Shown piece by piece: positions 8,856-18,020 of a stretch of 64,000 bases of DNA. Below the pieces are notes generated by a model that was given only the letters and a program-made list of their open reading frames with translations, searched no databases and was not told the DNA's origin. Each line of letters starts with the position of its first letter. Positions within the stretch are counted from its first letter, which is position 1. Origin of the DNA: Candidatus Moraniibacteriota bacterium (GTDB lineage: Bacteria > Patescibacteriota > Minisyncoccia > Moranbacterales > UBA2206); assembly GCA_030679995.1 (NCBI GenBank), contig JAUXSK010000018.1:41828-105827 (forward strand), read 5' to 3'. The translations under genes were made by a program, and so were the position numbers.

Positions 8856-9821
8856 ATGTATAAAAAATTAACCGCCCTTCTTTTAGCCGTATTTTGTCTT
8901 GCGCCGACCTTGGTGCTCGCAGGCGCCTTCGATTACAGGCCGATGGAAATGATTCCCGGCTTTGAAGCTGAAACCGTCGGCAATTTCTACACCTATATCG
9001 GAGCGGTCTATAAATTCGGCCTATGGACCGTAGGGATTTGCGCGATGTTTATGATCGGCATCGGCGGCTATATGTACATCATATCCGCCGGCAACAGTTC
9101 CAGTATGACCAAAGCAAAGGGAGTGATTATCGACGCTATCGCCGGTTTGATCCTGGCGCTGGTTTCCTTTCTGATCCTATACGAAATCAATCCTAATTTA
9201 GTCAAATTAGGCGGCAACGACATCGGCGGCAATACCGCTTTGACTGAAAAGATTATCACCTCAAAAACATTAACCAAGGGCTGTGAAAACTACGCCAATG
9301 ATTTTGAATCCGCTTCCGGAGGCGATAAAAACCTGAAATGCCTACTTATCGGCATCGCCAATGCGGAAAGCAATTGCAATCCTAGTGCGATCAGTAAACA
9401 TAACGCCTGCGGAATGATGCAAATCTTACCGGCAACTGCCGGGCAATCCTGTGAGGAACTGTTATCCAATCCGTCCGCCAGCATCCAAAAAGCCGCTTCG
9501 ATCATCGCTTCCTCCCGCAACAGTATTCCGTCATCTTCCGGCTTTTCACTGGGAACAAGTTATGCCCTCGCTAAAACTACGGTAAGCTATGGCGATTATA
9601 CCTATGACACCGGCAATGACGACTTGATCGCCGCTTATAACGCCGGCTCCGGAAAAATTGCCGCTACGCCGGGCAAAGCCGGTCCATTCGTAGTTTCAAC
9701 GGACTGCCCGAGCCCGACCACTCCCGCCTGGCAATGCCATATCAATCCGGGCGGATTTTCCGAAACCCAAAAATATGTTATGCGCGTCCAATCGTTCCAA
9801 GCGGCTTGCTTGGCTAAATAA
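8856..9821 (+). CDS. Secreted lytic transglycosylase (SLT domain, VirB1-like) with an N-terminal VirB2/TrbC-like hydrophobic hairpin.
   Basis: SLT catalytic signature AESNCNPSAISKHNACGMMQI (E-S...GLMQ type). The N-terminal signal peptide is followed by two hydrophobic helices separated by SAGNSSSMTKAKG. Confidence 0.6.
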   Translation: MYKKLTALLLAVFCLAPTLVLAGAFDYRPMEMIPGFEAETVGNFYTYIGAVYKFGLWTVGICAMFMIGIGGYMYIISAGNSSSMTKAKGVIIDAIAGLILALVSFLILYEINPNLVKLGGNDIGGNTALTEKIITSKTLTKGCENYANDFESASGGDKNLKCLLIGIANAESNCNPSAISKHNACGMMQILPATAGQSCEELLSNPSASIQKAASIIASSRNSIPSSSGFSLGTSYALAKTTVSYGDYTYDTGNDDLIAAYNAGSGKIAATPGKAGPFVVSTDCPSPTTPAWQCHINPGGFSETQKYVMRVQSFQAACLAK

Positions 9822-9836
9822 CCATCTTTCTATTTT

Positions 9837-10973
9837 ATGATCCTATCTAAAAAAATTTTTATATTTTCCTCAATCGCCCTAGTTATTGTCTTGATTCTCT
9901 GGGGAATCTACAGCCTGTCTTTTCGTAAGATTCCGGAACAGCTTGCCACCTTGAAAAGTCCAAGCCCATCATTATCGACGGCGTCCAAAAATGTTGCCGC
10001 AATTGAACCGCTCACCGATGAGGCTGTTTTATCACCCGCGCTTTCCCCGGACGGCGCATCCATCAGATATTATTCAAAAACCAATGGCAAGGCGTATGTA
10101 ATCAACCTTGCTGACCGCGATAAACGGGCTATTTCCGAGAAAGAATTGATCGGTTTATCCGACATAATCTGGTCGCCGGACAGATCCAAGGTTATTTCCG
10201 AGTTTTCAACCGCGACCGGCCGCTCCAAATTCTTTCTGTATGACTACGCACAAAACAAAGGCACGCAACTAAAAGACAATCTCGACACCGTCGTCTGGCA
10301 AAACAATGAAAAAATATTTTATAAATATTTCGACGCGAAAACCCAGACAAGAACCCTCAACTTCGCCAATCCGGACGGATCAAGCTGGCAGAAAATAACC
10401 GATTTGGCGATGAAGGATTTGCTTATCGCACCCATTCCGCGGACCAGTCTGGTTTCATTTTGGAACAAACCGGATGCTTTCACGGAAACCCTGATGCAAT
10501 CCTCGCCGGTTCTGGGCGGAGAAAGAAAAAACATTGTCAAAGGAAAATATGGAGCCGATTATCTCTGGAGCCAGGACGGCAATTCGCTTCTCGTGGGCAG
10601 TGTTGATGCCAAAGGCGGTTCAAAGCTGCAACTGGGCGTAACCAACAGCCTGGGCGGCGAATACCGGAATCTTGGCATTCCGACCCTTGTTTCTAAATGC
10701 ACCTGGTCAAAAAACAACAAAGCCATTTATTATGCTTTGCCTGGAGCGATTCCAACCGAAGCGATCTTGCCTAATGATTACTTAACCGACAAATTCCGTA
10801 CCAATGACACCTTTTGGAAAATCGATGTCGCTACGGGAGAAAAATCCCGCTTGGTAGATTTGGAAAACATAACTGCCGCCTATGATGCCGCCGACTTATT
10901 CCTGGATCCGGATGAAAGCCTGTTGTTTTTCACCAACAAGATCGATGGCAAGCTATATAAAATCACTCTCTGA
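9837..10973 (+). CDS. Membrane-anchored TolB-like (PD40) beta-propeller protein.
   Basis: N-terminal TM helix. Repeated SPDG/WSPD-type PD40 motifs (LSPDGASIRYYS, IWSPDRSKVISEF). Confidence 0.5.
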   Translation: MILSKKIFIFSSIALVIVLILWGIYSLSFRKIPEQLATLKSPSPSLSTASKNVAAIEPLTDEAVLSPALSPDGASIRYYSKTNGKAYVINLADRDKRAISEKELIGLSDIIWSPDRSKVISEFSTATGRSKFFLYDYAQNKGTQLKDNLDTVVWQNNEKIFYKYFDAKTQTRTLNFANPDGSSWQKITDLAMKDLLIAPIPRTSLVSFWNKPDAFTETLMQSSPVLGGERKNIVKGKYGADYLWSQDGNSLLVGSVDAKGGSKLQLGVTNSLGGEYRNLGIPTLVSKCTWSKNNKAIYYALPGAIPTEAILPNDYLTDKFRTNDTFWKIDVATGEKSRLVDLENITAAYDAADLFLDPDESLLFFTNKIDGKLYKITL

Positions 10974-12167
10974 CTACTTTATGCGCAATGTTGTCTTCCG
11001 CTCCGAGCTAGGCTCGGAGCTTTTTTTAATCCCAACAAAAAAACTCAGCCAAAACAAGACCGCCAAATCGTTCTTAAAATAAGTGGTATCAAAAATACCG
11101 TGCACCAATATGTAGATTATGATTGCGGCAGCTCCCCAATCAACCTCTTTTTTCCAACTGCCTGATAAATCCCTGAACCAGAGGACTAATATTGCCAAAA
11201 AGCCCACTAAGCCGGCTAGTCCGGCCTGCAACCAGAACGCCAAAAACAAATTGTGCGGCTGCGGCACCGCCCATTCCAGATAAGGCGGAAAATATTTTTG
11301 ATATTCCAAATATTTGTCCTGGAAATTTCCCGGACCGATGCCTAAAAAAGCGTTATCAACAATCATTTTTCCAGCTGAATTCCAAATCATCATACGCGAA
11401 GCCAAGGAAGATCGATCCTCCAATCGCACCAGACCATCAAATTTACTGGTGCCTATTTGGAAAAATATAATTATCCCCGCAACCAATCCCAGAAACAACG
11501 CGCTTTTCCATTTTTTCCAACCGTTTTCATTTAAAAAAACCAAACCGCCAGCCGCGACAAAAACCGCCAGCCAAGCGGCATATGAAAATGTCAGATATAA
11601 CGCGCTCAAAATAATCGGCAAGGAAATCGCGTAGAATGCTTTCCTTTTAGCGAAAAATGCGCCGCCTATGATAATAGCTGGCGCTAAAAACATCGCCAAA
11701 TAATTCGGGGAATTATAAAACGCTTTAAGTCTGCCGTCATATGTCATTTCACCCAGAAAAAAATAGACCAGCGCTACGCTCGCGACCAGCAAGGCCGAAA
11801 TATAAGTCGCTTCCAAAACAGCCCCGCTCTTTTCCCGCCGAGTCGCTTCAAGTGCGACAAAAGCGAAAACCATCGGAATGATAAACCAGCTTTTTATTAT
11901 ACCTAATCCGACCAAGACAGAGCCACCAAAAAGCGTTCCAAGCGCGAGTCCACCCATAATCATTACAATGGGTATGAAATATTTTTCATATCCTCTGAGC
12001 GCGATTTTGAAGGTCCTGCGCTCAATCACAAACCAGATCACCGCGACGGATGCCATCAATTCAAACATATTCGTAGGCACGCCTAGAAAAGAAATTTTCC
12101 ATAGGTACGCCGGCATCGCGACGATGGCCCAATAAATAAAATTTTCCAAGCTAAATGTTTTTTTCAT
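10974..12167 (-). CDS. O-antigen ligase / Wzy_C-domain polytopic membrane protein.
   Basis: Wzy_C signature ...MMIWNSAGKMIVDNAFLGIGPGNFQ, with more than 10 TM helices. Confidence 0.65.
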   Translation of the reverse strand: MKKTFSLENFIYWAIVAMPAYLWKISFLGVPTNMFELMASVAVIWFVIERRTFKIALRGYEKYFIPIVMIMGGLALGTLFGGSVLVGLGIIKSWFIIPMVFAFVALEATRREKSGAVLEATYISALLVASVALVYFFLGEMTYDGRLKAFYNSPNYLAMFLAPAIIIGGAFFAKRKAFYAISLPIILSALYLTFSYAAWLAVFVAAGGLVFLNENGWKKWKSALFLGLVAGIIIFFQIGTSKFDGLVRLEDRSSLASRMMIWNSAGKMIVDNAFLGIGPGNFQDKYLEYQKYFPPYLEWAVPQPHNLFLAFWLQAGLAGLVGFLAILVLWFRDLSGSWKKEVDWGAAAIIIYILVHGIFDTTYFKNDLAVLFWLSFFVGIKKSSEPSSERKTTLRIK

Positions 12168-13419
12168 CTGACAATTCTAAATTATTCCAACTTATGATAA
12201 TCAAGAAAAGGGCCAGGACTACCGGAGAATATATGGCGGTTTCCACTAGGGAATGCGCCGCAAAAATAACCAAACTGGCCAGACTGAAAAAAAACAAGCT
12301 TTCTTTTTTGCTTTTTTCCCAAAATCCGCGAAAAGTTGCCACTAAAATCCCTATCCACACCAGCGCGTTCAAGATTCCGGTTTCTACGGCTATATCCAAA
12401 TATGTATTGTGCGCGTATATCGGATCCCTATAGGTGGCAGTCGGCTTCACCTCCAGGGGATAATTACCTATGCCAACACCTGCCAACGGATTTTCCCTTA
12501 TCACATCCGTAGCTTTATACCACATTGCCAGTCGGCCCTGATTGGAACCCTCTTTGAGATCGAAACTTGAAATAAATCTTTGCGAGACCGGAGAAGGAAT
12601 CGCCACGACCGCCAGACCCAAGCCCAAAATCACCCCGACTGCGATTTTGGAGGGCCTATTTATCCTCCGCCAAGATAAAATTCCCATAAATACTAATCCG
12701 GCAGCCAAACCTAGATAGCCTCCGCGTGAAAAAGTCAGGATATCCGCCAAAAAAATCACACTAAAAGCGCTAATTGCAAGCCATCTCCGCCTTTTTTGCC
12801 TCAGTATCAACCCAAGAGCTAACGGAACCAACAAACCCAGATAAAAAGAAAACATATGCGGATCAGGGAAGAGCGAAGTCGCCCGCAAATAAGTTTGTCC
12901 GGCAATTCCAACGAGCCAACTGGGATTTTCCAGAACGGCCGCTCCGAAACTTTTGCCCAAAAAGGGCACTGTCATATGTTCAGCCCAAAAAACGTAGATC
13001 GCCTCCAGACCGAATACGAATTGCGCGACAAATTGGACCAGACCGATTAGCGCTATAACCGCCCCACTCAAAACCATCGCGTCCGCGATTCCAAGCAGTC
13101 TTTTTTTATTGGAAATCACTTGGCCGGCCACGAAATAGATTGGGAAGATTGAAAATAAAAAAAGCAATTTGCGCACCGACCAATCGGTGTTTTTAGCCGC
13201 GACAAGCGAAAAAATATTCAAAAACAAGAAGGAAGCCACCAGCCAGGACTGTACGCTGTTTTTTATCACGATATTTTTACTCTTCAATCCTTGTGCCAAC
13301 CAAACAGCGAAAAAGACCAGGATAAAAATCCGGATGGATGCTAGATCGACACCGGCCATCGGATTGATAGCCAGCTGGAAAGGGAGATATAAAACCAGCA
13401 GAACGAGAAAATTATACAT
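12151..13419 (-). CDS. Second O-antigen ligase / Wzy_C-domain membrane protein, a tandem paralogue of the preceding gene.
   Basis: RLAMWYKATDVIRENPLAGVGIGNYP signature. Polytopic. Confidence 0.65.
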   Translation of the reverse strand: MYNFLVLLVLYLPFQLAINPMAGVDLASIRIFILVFFAVWLAQGLKSKNIVIKNSVQSWLVASFLFLNIFSLVAAKNTDWSVRKLLFLFSIFPIYFVAGQVISNKKRLLGIADAMVLSGAVIALIGLVQFVAQFVFGLEAIYVFWAEHMTVPFLGKSFGAAVLENPSWLVGIAGQTYLRATSLFPDPHMFSFYLGLLVPLALGLILRQKRRRWLAISAFSVIFLADILTFSRGGYLGLAAGLVFMGILSWRRINRPSKIAVGVILGLGLAVVAIPSPVSQRFISSFDLKEGSNQGRLAMWYKATDVIRENPLAGVGIGNYPLEVKPTATYRDPIYAHNTYLDIAVETGILNALVWIGILVATFRGFWEKSKKESLFFFSLASLVIFAAHSLVETAIYSPVVLALFLIIISWNNLELSDEKNI

Positions 13420-13517
13420 CTTCTATGGAATTTTTCTTAAAAATCAAACTATTTGGATTTGCAAATCCTCTGTCATCAAAAACGCCGCGATCCGACTTGA
13501 AACCAAGCCGGACTTAT

Positions 13518-14381
13518 TTAGAATTTTACATTCTTAAAGTCCCGATATGCCCGCTGGATGACCAAGGCTGTTCCGTTTTTATTGAATTTTACATCCAGCC
13601 AATTTCCAATTTTTTTTGCTCCGACATAGCCGATTATCCAAGGCTTCATCCAAGTTTTTATATTTTTTTTAAAAAATACCAATCCGGAAATGACTGTCCA
13701 ATAAGCTTCATTCTCCGCGCATTTCCTATTTTTTTTAAGATGATAAATCCAGCTAGCCGAAACCATCACACTCCTAAAACCCGCTTTTCCAGCTCTGAAA
13801 CTTAAATCCACATCCCCCCAGCAGAGAAAAAAGTCCTCGTCAAACAACCCGACTTTTTTAAACACTCCCGCCTTCACCAGCATACCGCGGCCGGTTATGA
13901 ATTCCGATTCGTAAAAATCCTCCGTTTGGATTTTTTTTGCATATTCAAGGCCCATCTCAAACCAATTGATTTTTCCGCCCGAAAAACAAACGCTCGCAGC
14001 ATCGCCTTCAAAAATGATGGGACTGAGCAAGCCTATTTTTTCATCATGCCCAGCCACCTCGATAAGCCGGATCAAACAATCCTTATCGACTTCCGTAGCG
14101 CTATCCAATAGCAATACGTATTCCGCCATCCGCTCAAGGGAAAAACGGATTCCGATATTATTTCCGGCCGCACAACCGAGATTTTCCGCATTTTTAATGA
14201 AATTGGCCTTGGAAAAATTGGTTTTCGCCAATTCCAATGACCCGTCATTAGAATCATTGTCAACAAAAACGACCTCAAAATTCGGATAATTCAACTTGAA
14301 TACGCTCGTCAAACATTTTTGCACCGTCGCCTTGCTATTGTGGTTCAATATTACGATAAAAACCTTAGGATAATTCATCAT
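13518..14381 (-). CDS. Family 2 glycosyltransferase.
   Basis: N-terminal VFIVILNHNSKATVQKCLTSV...VVFVDNDSNDGS (GT-A fold, D.D motif). Confidence 0.7.
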   Translation of the reverse strand: MMNYPKVFIVILNHNSKATVQKCLTSVFKLNYPNFEVVFVDNDSNDGSLELAKTNFSKANFIKNAENLGCAAGNNIGIRFSLERMAEYVLLLDSATEVDKDCLIRLIEVAGHDEKIGLLSPIIFEGDAASVCFSGGKINWFEMGLEYAKKIQTEDFYESEFITGRGMLVKAGVFKKVGLFDEDFFLCWGDVDLSFRAGKAGFRSVMVSASWIYHLKKNRKCAENEAYWTVISGLVFFKKNIKTWMKPWIIGYVGAKKIGNWLDVKFNKNGTALVIQRAYRDFKNVKF

Positions 14382-15807
14382 ATTCTTGCACGCCTTTTTT
14401 ACTGATTAGACTGGTTATTTCGGACAAGCTGATCGTCTTGAAAATCCACAGTGACACGAAATAGACCGCGGAGCTTGCTATGGCCAAGATGAAAAAATTC
14501 AGTCCCGTCATCAATCGGAGACCGATCGCCATCAATCCTCCGGAAAAAACAACGCCTGAGAACTTTTCCATCCGCGGCACGTACTTCAGTTTCCTGGCGA
14601 CCAGCCCGGCCGTCAATACCACGACCGTGAATTCAGTGATCACAGAAATGCAAGCAGCGGCCATATATGAGAATTCCGGGATAAAAATAAGGTTTAGCCC
14701 CACATTGAGCAGCGCAGCCAAGCCCAGCATCCACATAAGTTTTTTTTGCAGATTACCCACAATCAACACCGTATTGAAAAATTGGCCGAAAAAAATAAAT
14801 GCCAGCGCAAAAACCAGGATCCGCAAGACCACGCCCGCCTCTGCGAATCCGGCCCCGCCAATCAATCTAATCACATCATCCGCCAGGAACAATGTGCCGA
14901 TGACCAGCGGCACGACCAATATCACGAAGACTTTGAACGTCTTATCGGCCACATCGACAAACCGGCCACGGTTCGCAAAAATACTATGTGCCATTATCGG
15001 CATAACCAAGCCAGCGATCATACCTGGGAAAAAAGTGATATTCTCCAAAACCTTATACGCGGCATTGTAAATCCCCACATCCGCGCTACTTTTCAAAACT
15101 GAGAGTAAAATGGTGTCCATCTTAAAATATACGAAGGTTACGATAGCGGCAATGCCCATCGGCGCCGATTCCTTCAAAAACGATTTCCAATAATCAAAGT
15201 CGAATCGCAAACGGATCCGCACATATTTCTTGGCCAAAAAATAGATGATGCCGAAATTGACCATCATATTCAAAAGCAAGGCGGAAATTATCCAGTTGAA
15301 GCCTAAATTGGCTCGCACCACCAATATGATCGTCACGACCTGCACGGCTTTGCCGGCCAATTCTCCGACCGCCACCCTGTCCATCGCCAGATTTTTTTGG
15401 AATACGCCGTTCAAGATCTGATAACCAGAAGAAAAAATGAATGAAGCGGCGGCGATCACTATCCCGATCTTGACATCGGCAGAATACGAAAAAAACCAAA
15501 CCACCAAAGGAGAAATGCCAAAAACAGCCACACTGGAAATCAGTCGGATAGAAAATATATTGCCTAAAATCCGCTCTTCATCCGCCCCCTCCCGAGAAAT
15601 TTCCCGCGTAGCGATATGATATAGGCCCAAATCAGAAATTGCCGCGAAAAAAGATAAAAACGCCAACACAGTGGCGTAATTTCCAAACCCTTCTTTACCA
15701 AGATATCTTGTGATAAAACCGATAGCAACCAAAGCAAGCGCCGTAGACAGCACTTTAGAAACGCTGCTCACAAAAACATTGTAAGCTATTTTTCTAGCAA
15801 CAGCCAT
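14365..15807 (-). CDS. Polysaccharide flippase (Wzx/MOP superfamily). The start is called at the internal Met MAVARKIAYNV rather than the longer ORF reaching 15933.
   Basis: About 12-14 TM helices. The N-terminal region resembles Wzx family proteins. The longer ORF would overlap jag by 50 nt. Confidence 0.6.
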   Translation of the reverse strand: MAVARKIAYNVFVSSVSKVLSTALALVAIGFITRYLGKEGFGNYATVLAFLSFFAAISDLGLYHIATREISREGADEERILGNIFSIRLISSVAVFGISPLVVWFFSYSADVKIGIVIAAASFIFSSGYQILNGVFQKNLAMDRVAVGELAGKAVQVVTIILVVRANLGFNWIISALLLNMMVNFGIIYFLAKKYVRIRLRFDFDYWKSFLKESAPMGIAAIVTFVYFKMDTILLSVLKSSADVGIYNAAYKVLENITFFPGMIAGLVMPIMAHSIFANRGRFVDVADKTFKVFVILVVPLVIGTLFLADDVIRLIGGAGFAEAGVVLRILVFALAFIFFGQFFNTVLIVGNLQKKLMWMLGLAALLNVGLNLIFIPEFSYMAAACISVITEFTVVVLTAGLVARKLKYVPRMEKFSGVVFSGGLMAIGLRLMTGLNFFILAIASSAVYFVSLWIFKTISLSEITSLISKKGVQEYDELS

Positions 15808-15883
15808 GTGCGAAATTTCAAATTTTAATTTAAAATCCCAATCTCGATTGAAATTTTTCTTAAAATATGAGTAATTTATGATT

Positions 15884-16381
15884 TTAAACTGTTTCCGCCG
15901 GCTTGATAACGACTTTCCTGTCATCTCCCTCACCGATGCTTTCGGTTATGACATCGGCATTTTTTGAAAGTTCCATATGCACCAGCCTGCGCTCATAGGG
16001 AGACATCGGACGGAGAACGATCGCTCTTTTTTCTTGGACCGCCTGCTGGGCCGTATTTTTCGCCAGCGTTACGATTGAAAAGCTCTTTTCTTTGCGATAA
16101 AAATTGACGTCCACTATGAAATGGATCCGTTCATCCGTCTTTTTCCGGATTAAAATCCTCGCTATATGCTGCAACGACTGGAGATTGACGCCATACTGCC
16201 CGATTAAAAAATTCGATTCTTCCGTTTTTATATTACAAATTATATTCTCCCTGACTATGCCGTCTTCCCCCTCTTCGGTTTCATGCGACATCTCTATTTC
16301 ACAAGAAAATCCCATCTTATCCAATAGCTCCGCCACAGATGACTTGATTATCTCATCCAGATTGCCCGGTTGTTTTTCCAT
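15884..16381 (-). CDS. jag: Jag/KhpB-like RNA-binding protein with KH and R3H domains.
   Basis: R3H-like ERRLVHMELSKNADVITESIGEG. Its position downstream of yidC matches the conserved rnpA-yidC-jag operon. Confidence 0.7.
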   Translation of the reverse strand: MEKQPGNLDEIIKSSVAELLDKMGFSCEIEMSHETEEGEDGIVRENIICNIKTEESNFLIGQYGVNLQSLQHIARILIRKKTDERIHFIVDVNFYRKEKSFSIVTLAKNTAQQAVQEKRAIVLRPMSPYERRLVHMELSKNADVITESIGEGDDRKVVIKPAETV

Positions 16382-16403
16382 ATATTTAAATTTATCTATT
16401 AGC

Positions 16404-17174
16404 TTATTTTGCCACGATAACAGCCACGGACGTCTCCTTTTTCTCCATATATCGCTGCTGCAAAATCATAAATACCGTTGAAACCAACCAATAGAGCGCC
16501 AGCCCGGCCGGGAATTTGATTCCGATAAAAAGCGTCAGCAACGGCCCAAGAAACAACATCTGTTTTGTCATCATCTCAGAAAAATCAGGCTCGCCCTGGA
16601 CTGCCGCCTTTATAGGCTGTTTGGCCATCATCATCTTCGTCTGTATGAATTGAGCTCCGGCAGCCAAGATGACCAACAGAATGTGCGGCAAGCTGCCTAA
16701 AGTGAGCCGGCTGAATTCGATAGCGGAGGCCAAATCCACGATGCCGACGAACATTTTATTGATTTGTCCCGGATTGGCGATGAAAGAGTATAATTCAGCC
16801 TGATTGATAATAAGCCCGGCTTGGGAAATATTGAACAAAACCCGGTAAATAGCGATTAAAAAAACCAATTGGGCTATCATCGGCAAGCACCCGGAGAATG
16901 GATTAGAGCCGCTTTCCTTGTATAATTCCATCATAGCCCGGCTTTGCTTTTCTTTGTCATTTTTATATTTACCCTGGATCGCCTTTATCTTAGGCTGCAA
17001 TTCTTGCATTTTTTTCTGCGATTCGATCTGCTTCTTGCTTAGCGGAAACAGCAAAAATTTAATCAATACCGTCAAAATGATGATAGCTACGCCAAAATCA
17101 GGAATTATATTGTAAATAAAAATCAGCAGGTTATAAATCGGATAATAAACGAATGTATCGAATAAAAATGACAT
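16404..17174 (-). CDS. yidC: Membrane protein insertase YidC (short, Gram-positive type).
   Basis: Polytopic protein with conserved YidC core segments. It is adjacent to rnpA. Confidence 0.85.
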   Translation of the reverse strand: MSFLFDTFVYYPIYNLLIFIYNIIPDFGVAIIILTVLIKFLLFPLSKKQIESQKKMQELQPKIKAIQGKYKNDKEKQSRAMMELYKESGSNPFSGCLPMIAQLVFLIAIYRVLFNISQAGLIINQAELYSFIANPGQINKMFVGIVDLASAIEFSRLTLGSLPHILLVILAAGAQFIQTKMMMAKQPIKAAVQGEPDFSEMMTKQMLFLGPLLTLFIGIKFPAGLALYWLVSTVFMILQQRYMEKKETSVAVIVAK

Positions 17175-17554
17175 TATTTTGTTTTTATTGAAGACTTGTC
17201 TTCTTTTATATTTGTTAGCAATTGTCCCAGCGCCAAAACCTCCATTATATTCTTCTTGAAATCGATGCTTCTGGTTTTTTCTTCTTCCCGCTTACGCGCC
17301 ATAATGACTATATCCAAGCCTTTTTTGATGTTTTTCAGTTCAGGCTGGATAATTCCCCGGATTTCTTTCTTAACCTGATTCCTTTCAATCGCTTTTTTTG
17401 AATATTTAAGACCCACCACTATCCCTATCCGCGTGTCCCGCGTGCCATTTTCCATAATTTTAATGGCAATATTCTTTGCAGAAACAAAAATCCCGAATTT
17501 CTGGACCTTTTCGTGATCTTTTTTTCTGGTTAGCCGGTTTTTGAATGGGAGCAT
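17174..17554 (-). CDS. rnpA: Ribonuclease P protein component.
   Basis: 126 aa and basic. The NRLTRKKDHEKVQKFG...RIGIVVGLKYSKKAIERNQVKKEIRGI pattern matches RnpA. It lies between rpmH and yidC. Confidence 0.8.
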   Translation of the reverse strand: MLPFKNRLTRKKDHEKVQKFGIFVSAKNIAIKIMENGTRDTRIGIVVGLKYSKKAIERNQVKKEIRGIIQPELKNIKKGLDIVIMARKREEEKTRSIDFKKNIMEVLALGQLLTNIKEDKSSIKTK

Positions 17555-17573
17555 TTTGAGAATCTTAGGCTAA

Positions 17574-17711
17574 TTAAGCCGTCGTAAGCCGTTTTCTGCC
17601 CTTAGTCCTTCTTCTTTTCAATACGGCTTGCCCGGTGGCGGTTTCATTTCTCTTGCGAAAACCATGCCTGTTTTTTCTTCTTGTGCTGGATGGTTGGTAT
17701 GTCTGGCTCAT
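17574..17711 (-). CDS. rpmH: 50S ribosomal protein L34. It is absent from the ORF track because it is shorter than 60 aa.
   Basis: My translation of the minus strand gives [45 protein letters not shown], a classic L34 sequence. It sits directly upstream of rnpA. Confidence 0.85.
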   Translation of the reverse strand: MSQTYQPSSTRRKNRHGFRKRNETATGQAVLKRRRTKGRKRLTTA

Positions 17712-17714
17712 AAG

Positions 17715-18020
17715 ATTAGATTTTATATATATTATCCTTTAATTAGTCGCTATTGACTGATTCCAAGTTTATCAACTATCCCAGTTAAAGTCAACCTAAT
17801 AGCCCTTTTGCCAAGCATCAACCGATCCGATTACAGAGGCATCCGAAAAGCGCAGGCCCTTGATTTATTTATAATTTCATAATATACAGTAGTTAGGGTT
17901 TTTTTAGGACTTGCCAACAGCTTATCAACAGACTTATCCCCACTCTTTCCTTAGACATTCGATTTTCAGCGTGATATACTTCAGTTTACACAATTCTTAT
18001 TCTTAATCTTAACCTTCCAT
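17715..18020. promoter_or_regulatory. dnaA upstream region carrying DnaA-box-like 9-mers, a candidate oriC half and the dnaA promoter.
   Basis: TTATCAACT, TTATCAACA and TTATCCCCA variants of TTATCCACA. AT-rich, and located between the divergent rpmH and dnaA. Confidence 0.45.

Noticed and set aside
15808-15933. Extended start of the flippase ORF (MREMTGKSL...).
   Set aside because: It would overlap jag by 50 nt. The Met at 15807 begins the first TM segment, as in Wzx proteins.
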